In this document: piece after piece, positions 8,714-15,793 of the stretch
How the letters are laid out: each line of letters starts with the position of its first letter
How positions within the stretch are numbered: the stretch's first letter is position 1
Source of the DNA: Candidatus Iainarchaeum sp.
Lineage (GTDB): Archaea > Iainarchaeota > Iainarchaeia > Iainarchaeales > JAZDDZ01
Assembly: GCA_043809245.1 (NCBI GenBank)
Contig: JAZDDZ010000027.1
Coordinates: forward strand, 1-34,873
DNA length: 34,873 bases
Direction: 5' to 3'
Notes under the pieces: generated by a model
What the model was told of the DNA's origin: nothing
Seen by the model: the letters and a program-made list of their open reading frames with translations, nothing else
Database searches by the model: none
Position numbers and translations under genes: made by a program

Positions 8714-9976
8714 ATGATTTCAAAGAGTATTTTGAGGACAGTTATTGCAGACCAACTGAAAGAGATGGAATCATTAAAGGATTCTGTGCCAAGAACTGTT
8801 TTTCCCACTGCCGTTTCTTATAGCGGAGCTTCTGCTTTCGTTGTCAAGGGAGTGAGGAGATGCGGCAAGAGCACCTTGCTGAAGCAGCTGATTAAGGCAA
8901 AATTTGAAAACGATTTTTTTTACTTTAACTTTGATGATGAAAGAATTGAAGGATTCAAGTCTGAAGACTTTCAGCCGCTAATGGAAACACTGATTGAGGC
9001 TTTTGGAGAAAAAAAGAACGTTTTCTTTGATGAAATCCAGAATATTAAAGGCTGGGAATTGTTTGTCAACAGGATACTAAGGCAGGGTTACAAAGTTTTC
9101 ATTACAGGTTCTAATGCAAACCTGTTAAGCAAGGAACTCGGAACACACTTGACAGGAAGGCACGTGGATTTGGAGCTTTATCCTTTTTCTTTCGCTGAAT
9201 TCTTGAAAGCAAAGAAGATAGAAATCCCAAAAAAAGGAATTTATTCCACTGAACAAAAAGCATTGCTTTCAAAGGAATTCAAGGAATACTTTTTAAAAGG
9301 CGGAATGCCGGAGGTTGTTGTTTTCTCAAACGAAGCAGTCCTGACAGCAATACTCACAGACATAATCCGAAAAGACATTTCCGAAAGATATGACATTAGA
9401 AAGCCAAGCGAACTCAAAACAGTGTTAAAATTCTTAATAGCCAATTCTGCAAACCCCATAACTTACAGGTCAATAAAAAACAATTTTGACATTCAAAGTG
9501 CCAATACCATCCAAAAATACATTGAATATGCTGAAGAAACATACCTTGTCTTCACTGTCCGAAAGCTCGAAAAGAAAATAAAACGTTTCGACAAAAACCC
9601 CAAAAAAATTTACTGCATTGACAACGGCATAATAATAAAAAACACGCCAAGCATTACAGAAAAAAAAGGCGCCCTATTAGAAAACATGGTTGCAGTTCAC
9701 TTGAAAAGGCTTGGAAAAGAATTCTATTACTTCAAAACAAGAAACAGCGAAGCCGACTTTGTGGTTCCAACAGAAAAACTGGCCATTCAAGTATGTTATG
9801 AACTCGACAACAAAAACAAAGAACGCGAAACAAAAGGGCTCATTGAAGCAATGCACGAAACCAAAGCAACCAGCGGCCTAATACTGACACTTGAACAAGA
9901 ACAAGAAACAACCATCCAAAACAAAAAAAGAATCATAAAACCAGCCTGGCAATGGTTATTGGAAAAACAACCCTGA
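8714..9976 (+). CDS. AAA+ ATPase (AAA_14 + DUF4143)
   Basis: GVRRCGKST, FFDEIQ, TGSN, LTGR, GGMPE, KIYCIDNG, EADFV. Confidence 0.92.
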   Translation: MISKSILRTVIADQLKEMESLKDSVPRTVFPTAVSYSGASAFVVKGVRRCGKSTLLKQLIKAKFENDFFYFNFDDERIEGFKSEDFQPLMETLIEAFGEKKNVFFDEIQNIKGWELFVNRILRQGYKVFITGSNANLLSKELGTHLTGRHVDLELYPFSFAEFLKAKKIEIPKKGIYSTEQKALLSKEFKEYFLKGGMPEVVVFSNEAVLTAILTDIIRKDISERYDIRKPSELKTVLKFLIANSANPITYRSIKNNFDIQSANTIQKYIEYAEETYLVFTVRKLEKKIKRFDKNPKKIYCIDNGIIIKNTPSITEKKGALLENMVAVHLKRLGKEFYYFKTRNSEADFVVPTEKLAIQVCYELDNKNKERETKGLIEAMHETKATSGLILTLEQEQETTIQNKKRIIKPAWQWLLEKQP

Positions 9977-9980
9977 TGCT

Positions 9981-11228
9981 ATGCACAGTTTATTGAAAAA
10001 ACTCTCGGAACTATTCGGCAAAAAGATTCCGAGAGCAAATTACCTGATTGAATTCAGGTTTCACGGCTATGCAAAAAGATACGCAAGAGAACTAAGCGAG
10101 CAAATCTCGCACAAGTTTCACGTAAAGCAAGTCGTGAGAAAAGGTCGGCCGCCGCACATAACCTTGTTTGGCGGCTTTTCCTGCGGCAACGAAAAAGAGC
10201 TCGTTCAAAAATTCATTAAAATCTGCAAAAACTTTGACTTGATAAAATTCAAGCTGAACGATTTGGGGCATATTGAGAACAAGGTCATTTTCATTGACGT
10301 TGAACCTTCCCAGGAATTAAAAGAGCTGCGATTGCAATTAGCCAAAGAACTTATTCCTGTTTGCGAAGCAAAAGAATGGGACAAGGAACAAGAGTTCGTG
10401 TTTCACGCAACGCTTGCACTCAAAGACCTCGAAAACAAGTTTGACAAAATCTGGGAATACCTGCAAAACATGGAAAAACCAAACATCGAACAATATCTCC
10501 TCAGGCTAACACTGTTAAGGAATGGCAAAATCCTGAAGGAATACGACTTCATCCAAAGAAGGTTATTGAGAAGGGATGAAGCCTTAAGCAAGAAAACACT
10601 GAAAACCACAATAGGATATTTGGGCGAAATAAAAGAAAACGGCAGAACAAGAATCATTGAAGAAAATTCCGACAAAGTTTTCCTGATCAGCGATTTGCAC
10701 CTGGACCACGAAAACATAATCAAATACTGCCACAGGCCATTCAAAAATGCCGAAGAAATGAACAAAACAATTGTAGAAAATTGGAACTCAACTGTTGGCA
10801 AAAATGACGCTGTTTACTTTTTGGGTGACATGGCTTTCGGCAAAGGCAGCAGAAAAGCAAGTTATTGGATAAAACAATTGAACGGCAAAATAACATTCAT
10901 TGAAGGAAACCACGAAGAAGTTGGGAACATCAAAAGCTATTCCACTGCAGAAGACGTTTTCCTGAAATATAAGGGAAAAGAATTCCTGCTGGTTCACGAT
11001 CCTGCCCTGAAACCAAAAAACTGGGACGGCTGGACAATTCACGGCCACAAGCATAACAATCATTTGGAAGAATTTCCCTTCATAAACGGCGAAAGAAAAA
11101 CAATCAACGTAAGCTGCGAGCTGCTCGACTACAAGCCAATAAACCTGAACGAAATAATGCCCCGACTGGGTACTGTGAAGTATTGGAGAACAATAAACGA
11201 CAAGCCAATCAAAAACACCGGGCTGTAA
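9981..11228 (+). CDS. 2H phosphoesterase (2'-5' RNA ligase-like) fused to a calcineurin-like metallophosphoesterase
   Basis: Two HxT motifs (PHITL, FHATL), then SDLH, LGD, GNHE, VHDP, HGHKH. Confidence 0.88.
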   Translation: MHSLLKKLSELFGKKIPRANYLIEFRFHGYAKRYARELSEQISHKFHVKQVVRKGRPPHITLFGGFSCGNEKELVQKFIKICKNFDLIKFKLNDLGHIENKVIFIDVEPSQELKELRLQLAKELIPVCEAKEWDKEQEFVFHATLALKDLENKFDKIWEYLQNMEKPNIEQYLLRLTLLRNGKILKEYDFIQRRLLRRDEALSKKTLKTTIGYLGEIKENGRTRIIEENSDKVFLISDLHLDHENIIKYCHRPFKNAEEMNKTIVENWNSTVGKNDAVYFLGDMAFGKGSRKASYWIKQLNGKITFIEGNHEEVGNIKSYSTAEDVFLKYKGKEFLLVHDPALKPKNWDGWTIHGHKHNNHLEEFPFINGERKTINVSCELLDYKPINLNEIMPRLGTVKYWRTINDKPIKNTGL

Positions 11229-11230
11229 AT

Positions 11231-11434
11231 ATGGAAACTTTCAAAGGAAAAGTCAGAAGAATCTTCAATAACGGCAAGCGCGTTCACGTTGCCAGAAGCC
11301 ACTCGCTCTGCGAAATCGACAACGAAATTCCCGACTTAAAAATCGGCGATTTGGTCCTCTGCCAATGGGATAAAACAATCAAAAAAATCGACAAAAACCA
11401 AACAGGCCTAAAAACATATTCAGCAACTGAATAA
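11231..11434 (+). CDS. Small hypothetical protein (67 aa, beta-rich)
   Basis: ATG 2 nt after the upstream stop; METFKGKVRRIF...LKIGDLVLCQW. Confidence 0.6.
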   Translation: METFKGKVRRIFNNGKRVHVARSHSLCEIDNEIPDLKIGDLVLCQWDKTIKKIDKNQTGLKTYSATE

Positions 11435-11532
11435 TTCAGTAAGTGAATACAAATTTTGGTTAGTGCTTATTTTCCCATTTAACAAGGTCGCGAATGTGCG
11501 CCAATTCCCAGGCGCGGAACTCTTCTTTCATC

Positions 11533-12027
11533 TCAGCAATTTCCTTTTTGGTCGGCTTCTTCCTGGCTCCAGCCGAATTTGCTGATTAATTGCTCCCTTG
11601 AAGGCCTGCTGGCCTGGACAAATTCCTTGATGTCCTGGACAGGGTCTTTTTCTATTTCGTTCAGTTTTTTCTCGTCAAGCCAGGCAACAAGGATTTTTCT
11701 TTTATCGCCATAATTCTGCCTGAGTTCAGTCTTTACTTCAGGATAGCGCTGTTTCAAGGCAGTGAACAAGCGCTTCTTTTGCGTTGAATCATACAACCCA
11801 AGCTTGGCACAGTCATAAGAATTGAACTTTCCGGCCTGCCTGATTATTTCAAAAGCAACGTCAGCAAGCTTTGCAGTCTTGCCCAAATAGGTTTCATCAA
11901 TAATTGCATCAAAATTCTCTATGTAAGAAGCAATTTTCTGGCTCAATTCTGAAACATCCTTCTGCATGGAGAGCAATTGGTTACGCATTGCTTCCCTGCT
12001 CAAATGCTTTGCGTTCTCTGCGCTCAT
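11533..12027 (-). CDS. Hypothetical protein with N-terminal coiled coil
   Basis: 164-aa ORF coupled by ATGA overlap to the upstream 52-aa ORF. Confidence 0.7.
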   Translation of the reverse strand: MSAENAKHLSREAMRNQLLSMQKDVSELSQKIASYIENFDAIIDETYLGKTAKLADVAFEIIRQAGKFNSYDCAKLGLYDSTQKKRLFTALKQRYPEVKTELRQNYGDKRKILVAWLDEKKLNEIEKDPVQDIKEFVQASRPSREQLISKFGWSQEEADQKGNC

Positions 12028-12182
12028 TGCTGACCAGCTCCGTCGCTTCTGGCAGCAATGCTGCTCTTGTCCACTACAGTCCTACCGAGCTTGATTTCAC
12101 TGATGACTATTTTGTTCTCTGTCTCTTCCAGGTTGTTTCCTTGAAGCCTATAACCGTTTTTCAGAATAAGCTTTGTTCTCAT
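12024..12182 (-). CDS. 52-aa protein, possible Sm/Hfq-like fold (not in ORF track)
   Basis: MRTKLILKNGYRLQGNNLEETENKIVISEIKLGRTVVDKSSIAARSDGAGQQ; stop overlaps the next ATG. Confidence 0.6.
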   Translation of the reverse strand: MRTKLILKNGYRLQGNNLEETENKIVISEIKLGRTVVDKSSIAARSDGAGQQ

Positions 12183-12444
12183 CTCTCATTGCCCCCACAG
12201 GCCCGAATATCAGGTAAATTGTCCGCTCGCTTTCCCGTTCAATCCCACCCAACTCGACAGCATTTTCACCAGGCAGGAAAGAGCAGTTAATGTTTGATTT
12301 TGGCGCTTCGTGAAAGAAAATCAGCTGGCCACTGATTCCTTGTTCTGCAAGATTTATTTGCTCGCCTCTCCGCCCCTTGACCTCAAGCACAACAAAAGTG
12401 TTTGAATTCTTAAGCGGATAAACAGTCTTTCCAATTATCTGCAA
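12148..12444 (-). CDS. Hypothetical protein
   Basis: TTG start preceded by purine-rich GGAGAGGAGAGTGA; first gene of a three-gene minus-strand operon. Confidence 0.55.
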   Translation of the reverse strand: MQIIGKTVYPLKNSNTFVVLEVKGRRGEQINLAEQGISGQLIFFHEAPKSNINCSFLPGENAVELGGIERESERTIYLIFGPVGAMRDENKAYSEKRL

Positions 12445-12504
12445 TTTTGGTCACTCTCCTCTCCAAATGATTATGAAAATTTTCTGTTCTCACTCATGCG
12501 AACC

Positions 12505-12598
12505 CCTTAATATACTTTACTGGGGCACATTTTCGGGCCGCAACACCCCCGCACAGAAAAATCTGCCTATACATCCCCCAACCACCTTAATATACTTT
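12505..12598 (-). promoter_or_regulatory. Duplicated BRE/TATA (AAAGTATATTAAGG x2)
   Basis: CCTTAATATACTTT at 12505-12518 and 12585-12598, upstream of the minus-strand operon. Confidence 0.55.
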
Positions 12599-12683
12599 TA
12601 TTTTGAGAGGAAAAAATACGAACTAATGCACTATGATTAAAAATAGTTACTATAGTTTGTTCTTTATAAAGAGGTTTTGAAAA

Positions 12684-12824
12684 ATGCCGAGCAGAAACGG
12701 AGTAACCACAATCCAACTGGAAATGAAAACACGCGACAGGCTAATGCGCATCGGAAAAAAAGGCGAAACATACGACGAAATAATCAACAAGCTAATTGAC
12801 CAGCACGTGAAAAGGAAAAAGTAA
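12684..12824 (+). CDS. 46-aa RHH/antitoxin-like DNA-binding protein, copy 2 (not in ORF track)
   Basis: MPSRNGVTTIQLEMKTRDRLMRIGKKGETYDEIINKLIDQHVKRKK; RBS GAGGT. Confidence 0.85.
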   Translation: MPSRNGVTTIQLEMKTRDRLMRIGKKGETYDEIINKLIDQHVKRKK

Positions 12825-12842
12825 CTGTGATGAGGGCCAATT

Positions 12843-13232
12843 ATGAAAATTCAGCTTTTGTACATTTTGGATTGCCCTTGGTGCGTTAAAACAAAGGAAC
12901 TGCTTAGGAGCAGCTTGAAAGAGCTCGGCGCAAAAGCAGATGTTGAGGAAATCCTGATTGATTCGGATGAAAAGGCCAAAAAATACGGATTTGTCGGCTC
13001 GCCGACTATAAGGATTGATGGAAAGGATATCCAGGAAACAATTAGCAAGGGCAAGTGCCTTCCTTGCGAAGAAATGGCCGAACAAAGCAAGGGCGCAACT
13101 GAATTCATTAAACAAGAATGCAAATGTGGTTGCAGAACCTATTCTTATAACGGAAAACAGTACCCCTACCCACCGAAGGAAATGATAAAAGAAGTCATTA
13201 ATGCAGCCAAAACCAAAGGCTTTAATCAATAA
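12843..13232 (+). CDS. Cys-rich thioredoxin-fold protein (DUF2703-like), copy 2
   Basis: CPWC, GSPTIRIDG, CLPC, CKCGCRTY. Confidence 0.85.
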   Translation: MKIQLLYILDCPWCVKTKELLRSSLKELGAKADVEEILIDSDEKAKKYGFVGSPTIRIDGKDIQETISKGKCLPCEEMAEQSKGATEFIKQECKCGCRTYSYNGKQYPYPPKEMIKEVINAAKTKGFNQ

Positions 13233-13249
13233 TCTCTATACATTACAGT

Positions 13250-13309
13250 AGGCAATGATGAGGTTAACACCATCTGAATTAAATGTGGAATCAACTCAAC
13301 TCTGAGCCT
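13250..13309 (+). ncRNA. Box C/D methylation-guide sRNA; its 5' end is att core copy D (attR)
   Basis: Terminal stem AGGC/GCCT; box C ATGATGA 13255-61; 12-nt guide GGTTAACACCAT; D' CTGA 13274-77; degenerate C' ATGTGGA 13283-89; 12-nt guide ATCAACTCAACT; D CTGA 13302-05; T-run downstream. Confidence 0.88.
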
Positions 13310-13394
13310 GCTTTTTGTTTTAGGCTTTTTTTAGCCTAATGAAAAGGCAAGCCTTTTATTTCTTTTACAGCGGGACATATTTGAGGCGTTTTGC

Positions 13395-13898
13395 ATGGAG
13401 AAAACTTTTTCGCAGAGGCTGGATGAATGCGTTGACTTGGCTGACATTTTTGAATTGGTTAAGGCAGCAGGAGAAGAGGTTTTAGGCAGGAGCAGGGCTG
13501 GCTTAATGCTTGGATTGGCGAACATGGGTGGAAGCAGGCGCTTTTTTTTGGGCGCGTATTACCCTGTTGATTCCAACATGATTGTGGTTAACAGCTTTCC
13601 ATTGAAAATGATTAAGGAAAAGAATCCAGTGCTGTTCAAGCCCTACATTTTTCACATCCTATTGCACGAATACCTTCACAGCCTGAATTACCTTGACGAG
13701 GGCAGTGTGAGGGAGCTGACTTATATTATCTGTTCAAAGCTTTTCGGCAAAGAGCACCTTACTGCTAAAATGTCAAAGGACATAAGCAAGTTCATGCCGC
13801 AGTTGGCTGATGAAGCCGTTGAATGGGTGCCGGAAAAAGAGCCGCAGATTTTTGTGGTGGAAGGCTTTGATAAGGGTCATTTGACTTACGTGAGTTGA
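13395..13898 (+). CDS. Putative zinc metallopeptidase-like protein
   Basis: LLHEYLHSL (HExxH) followed by DE. Confidence 0.75.
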   Translation: MEKTFSQRLDECVDLADIFELVKAAGEEVLGRSRAGLMLGLANMGGSRRFFLGAYYPVDSNMIVVNSFPLKMIKEKNPVLFKPYIFHILLHEYLHSLNYLDEGSVRELTYIICSKLFGKEHLTAKMSKDISKFMPQLADEAVEWVPEKEPQIFVVEGFDKGHLTYVS

Positions 13899-13929
13899 GA
13901 AATAGGGCTTTTATTGAAAAATAGCGGGT

Positions 13930-14619
13930 TTATTCTTTTTTCATCTGTTCTTTTGCCTGCTGAATGAGGCTTTTGATTGTCTGGAATGCTTCAGTTGCGT
14001 GCTTTTCGTTGACCATGAAGTGCAGTTCGGGTGGAGCGCTGATTATTTCAATGCTGATTCCTTTTTGCGCGAGCTTTGAAGCAATTTCCGCGATTATTCC
14101 ATAGGTTTGCACTGCTTCCTTTGGCTGCCTGATTGAAACAATTGCGTTCTGGTGCGAGGCATCCATTACCTCTGATTCAATTAGGTCAAGCAAGGGCTCA
14201 AGCCTGTGCTTTTTCAGCAAAACCATTATCTGGCCTGCGCCTTCAACCACTATTCGCACTTCCCCTGTGTGCCAGTCGGTTTCCCTTAAAAGCTCCTCGA
14301 TTTTTTTCGCAGATTTATCGTTTCTCTTGATTAGCGCAAAGGACATGTCGTCCTGCATTGAAAGCGTTGAATTCGCAAAAATATGCGCATAGCTGTTTGA
14401 AAACTTTTTACCGCCAATTTCATCAGCAAAACGCTTGATTGCAACGACAATTGATTCCTCTTTGACTTTTTTGCCGAGCTTTTTCTCAATTTCCGGCTTA
14501 AGGCTTCTGGCCAAAGCAGAATAGTTGACTAACCCGTCAGCCAAAGAAGTCTTGGTGTAAGGGTTCAGGTCTATAAGAGTTCTGACTATTGACGAAAGAG
14601 AAGACTCATTCCCCGCCAT
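13930..14619 (-). CDS. ACT-domain protein with N-terminal HTH-like region (putative amino-acid-responsive regulator)
   Basis: GLVNYSALAR...SIVVAIKRF N-terminus; C-terminal ACT-like GIIAEIASKLAQKGISIEIIS. Confidence 0.8.
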   Translation of the reverse strand: MAGNESSLSSIVRTLIDLNPYTKTSLADGLVNYSALARSLKPEIEKKLGKKVKEESIVVAIKRFADEIGGKKFSNSYAHIFANSTLSMQDDMSFALIKRNDKSAKKIEELLRETDWHTGEVRIVVEGAGQIMVLLKKHRLEPLLDLIESEVMDASHQNAIVSIRQPKEAVQTYGIIAEIASKLAQKGISIEIISAPPELHFMVNEKHATEAFQTIKSLIQQAKEQMKKE

Positions 14620-14824
14620 AAATGAAAATCCTTACAAAATATATAAAAACCTAACATTTTTCTCGGCTTTTGTAATGAACTGGTCATTTTTCCTTTTAAG
14701 GCGCTTTTTCTGGCTTCCAAAACCCAAAATTCAGTCATTTTACCAGTTTTTTGGCTTTCCTGCGTTTTTAGCGGATTTTCTGGTCGCAAGGTATATAAAG
14801 GACCTAGGGGGAATGTCTGAGGGT

Positions 14825-14947
14825 ATGAAGAAAATGAGGCCTAGAATGAAAAGTGGTTTTCCCGTTACGGTTGGCGGGACACAGTACTTTCTGCAAAGGA
14901 AGCGCAAAGTGAAACCAGTAAACAGGACAGACGGTTTTTCTGTATGA
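14825..14947 (+). CDS. Possible 40-aa basic peptide
   Basis: TATATAAA at 14792-14799 suits a leaderless ATG at 14825; no recognisable homology. Confidence 0.3.
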   Translation: MKKMRPRMKSGFPVTVGGTQYFLQRKRKVKPVNRTDGFSV

Positions 14948-14982
14948 GTTCGGTTAAGGCAAAAAATTCAGGGGAAAGAAAA

Positions 14983-15156
14983 ATGAATCAGGCAAGCGTA
15001 AGGTTTTGGGGAGTAATGATTAATGACGGCAACGAGCCGTTCATTCTTCCGAAAATCTTTAAAGAAGAAGGCATCACTTGTTTTGATGACAGCTGCCTTG
15101 TGAAAATAACAATGGGTGGAGTTTCCCTTAACGGGGAAAAAAACAAAAAAATTTGA
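14983..15156 (+). CDS. Small hypothetical protein (57 aa; alternative start 14944)
   Basis: AGGGGA upstream; stop overlaps the RBS of the first poly-Asn ORF. Confidence 0.45.
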   Translation: MNQASVRFWGVMINDGNEPFILPKIFKEEGITCFDDSCLVKITMGGVSLNGEKNKKI

Positions 15157-15169
15157 GGAGGTGTGGGAG

Positions 15170-15223
15170 ATGAATAATAACAACAATAACAACAACAATA
15201 ACAACAATAATAACAACAACTAA
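15170..15223 (+). CDS. Poly-asparagine mini-ORF M-N16
   Basis: RBS GAGGAGGTG 15155-63, ATG, 16 mixed AAC/AAT codons, TAA. Confidence 0.75.
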   Translation: MNNNNNNNNNNNNNNNN

Positions 15224-15263
15224 ATTTACCTTTCGGATTTATTGTTTTTTTGGAGGTGAAGCA

Positions 15264-15305
15264 ATGAACAACAATAACAATAATAACAACAATAATAACA
15301 ATTAA
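15264..15305 (+). CDS. Poly-asparagine mini-ORF M-N12
   Basis: RBS GGAGGTGA 15252-59, ATG, 12 mixed AAC/AAT codons, TAA. Confidence 0.75.
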   Translation: MNNNNNNNNNNNN

Positions 15306-15412
15306 ATTTTCAGTTAATGTTTGGCTATTTTTCTTGGCTGCGGGTATGCAGCCAAAACCGTTTTCTTCGCGCAGCAAAACTTTTTAAACACCTTAATGCA
15401 TTATTTGTGCAT

Positions 15413-15793
15413 ATGGGCCAAAGAAGAGGCGGTACTCCGCCACCGGCTTCAGGTGTGCAGCAAAAAAAGCAAGTTAATTTTAATTTGATGCAGCCAGCCT
15501 CCTGGACTAAAAAAGGAAGGGCTATTTTAGCCAAAAAAGGAACCAAAATAGATATTCGCCTCTTTAGGCTGTCCACCTGGAAAGCGGAAAACCGAAGGAA
15601 ATACGCGATTGGTTTGTTGCTGGGAAGCAATAGGCTGAAGAAGGCAATACCCTCGGAAGGAATGCGCAAGACTATTATCCCTGTTGTTGTTGATGCGTAT
15701 GCCAAAAGAGGCCCGCTTTACAAAGAAGAGCTAGTGCAGGGCGTGCTTGAATATTTTAATAAGCTAGAAGACCGCCAAACTCCAAAACTTTGA
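15413..15793 (+). CDS. Hypothetical basic protein
   Basis: TTTTTAAA ~25 nt before ATG 15413; 126 aa. Confidence 0.6.
   Translation: MGQRRGGTPPPASGVQQKKQVNFNLMQPASWTKKGRAILAKKGTKIDIRLFRLSTWKAENRRKYAIGLLLGSNRLKKAIPSEGMRKTIIPVVVDAYAKRGPLYKEELVQGVLEYFNKLEDRQTPKL

Larger units (their letters stand above)
7142..13267. mobile_element. ~6.1-kb integrative element inserted at the 5' end of a box C/D sRNA
   Basis: 17-bp direct repeats at both ends, inverted arms at 7162-7177 and 13236-13251, integrase next to the left end, plasmid/virus-like small genes inside. Confidence 0.85.

Noticed and set aside
12825-12840. GTGATGAGGGCCAA as a fifth att core
   Set aside because: Only TGATGAGG matches, there is no TTTAA at -30, and the position fits an RBS for the gene at 12843.
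1061-13267. Four 17-bp repeats as a CRISPR array or classical integron attC sites
   Set aside because: Spacing is kilobases, there are no cas genes, no attC-type hairpin with R/L boxes, and the integrase does not look like IntI.
13262-13301. Assigning rRNA/tRNA targets to the two guides
   Set aside because: Needs this organism's rRNA/tRNA sequences (search for AUGGUGUUAACC and AGUUGAGUUGAU); I saw no match in the two tRNAs here.
14968-15377. Minus-strand ORFs with poly-Leu, Cys/Tyr or Ile/Val runs
   Set aside because: Antisense readings of the AAY tracts; only the plus-strand Asn frame has RBS, ATG and stop.
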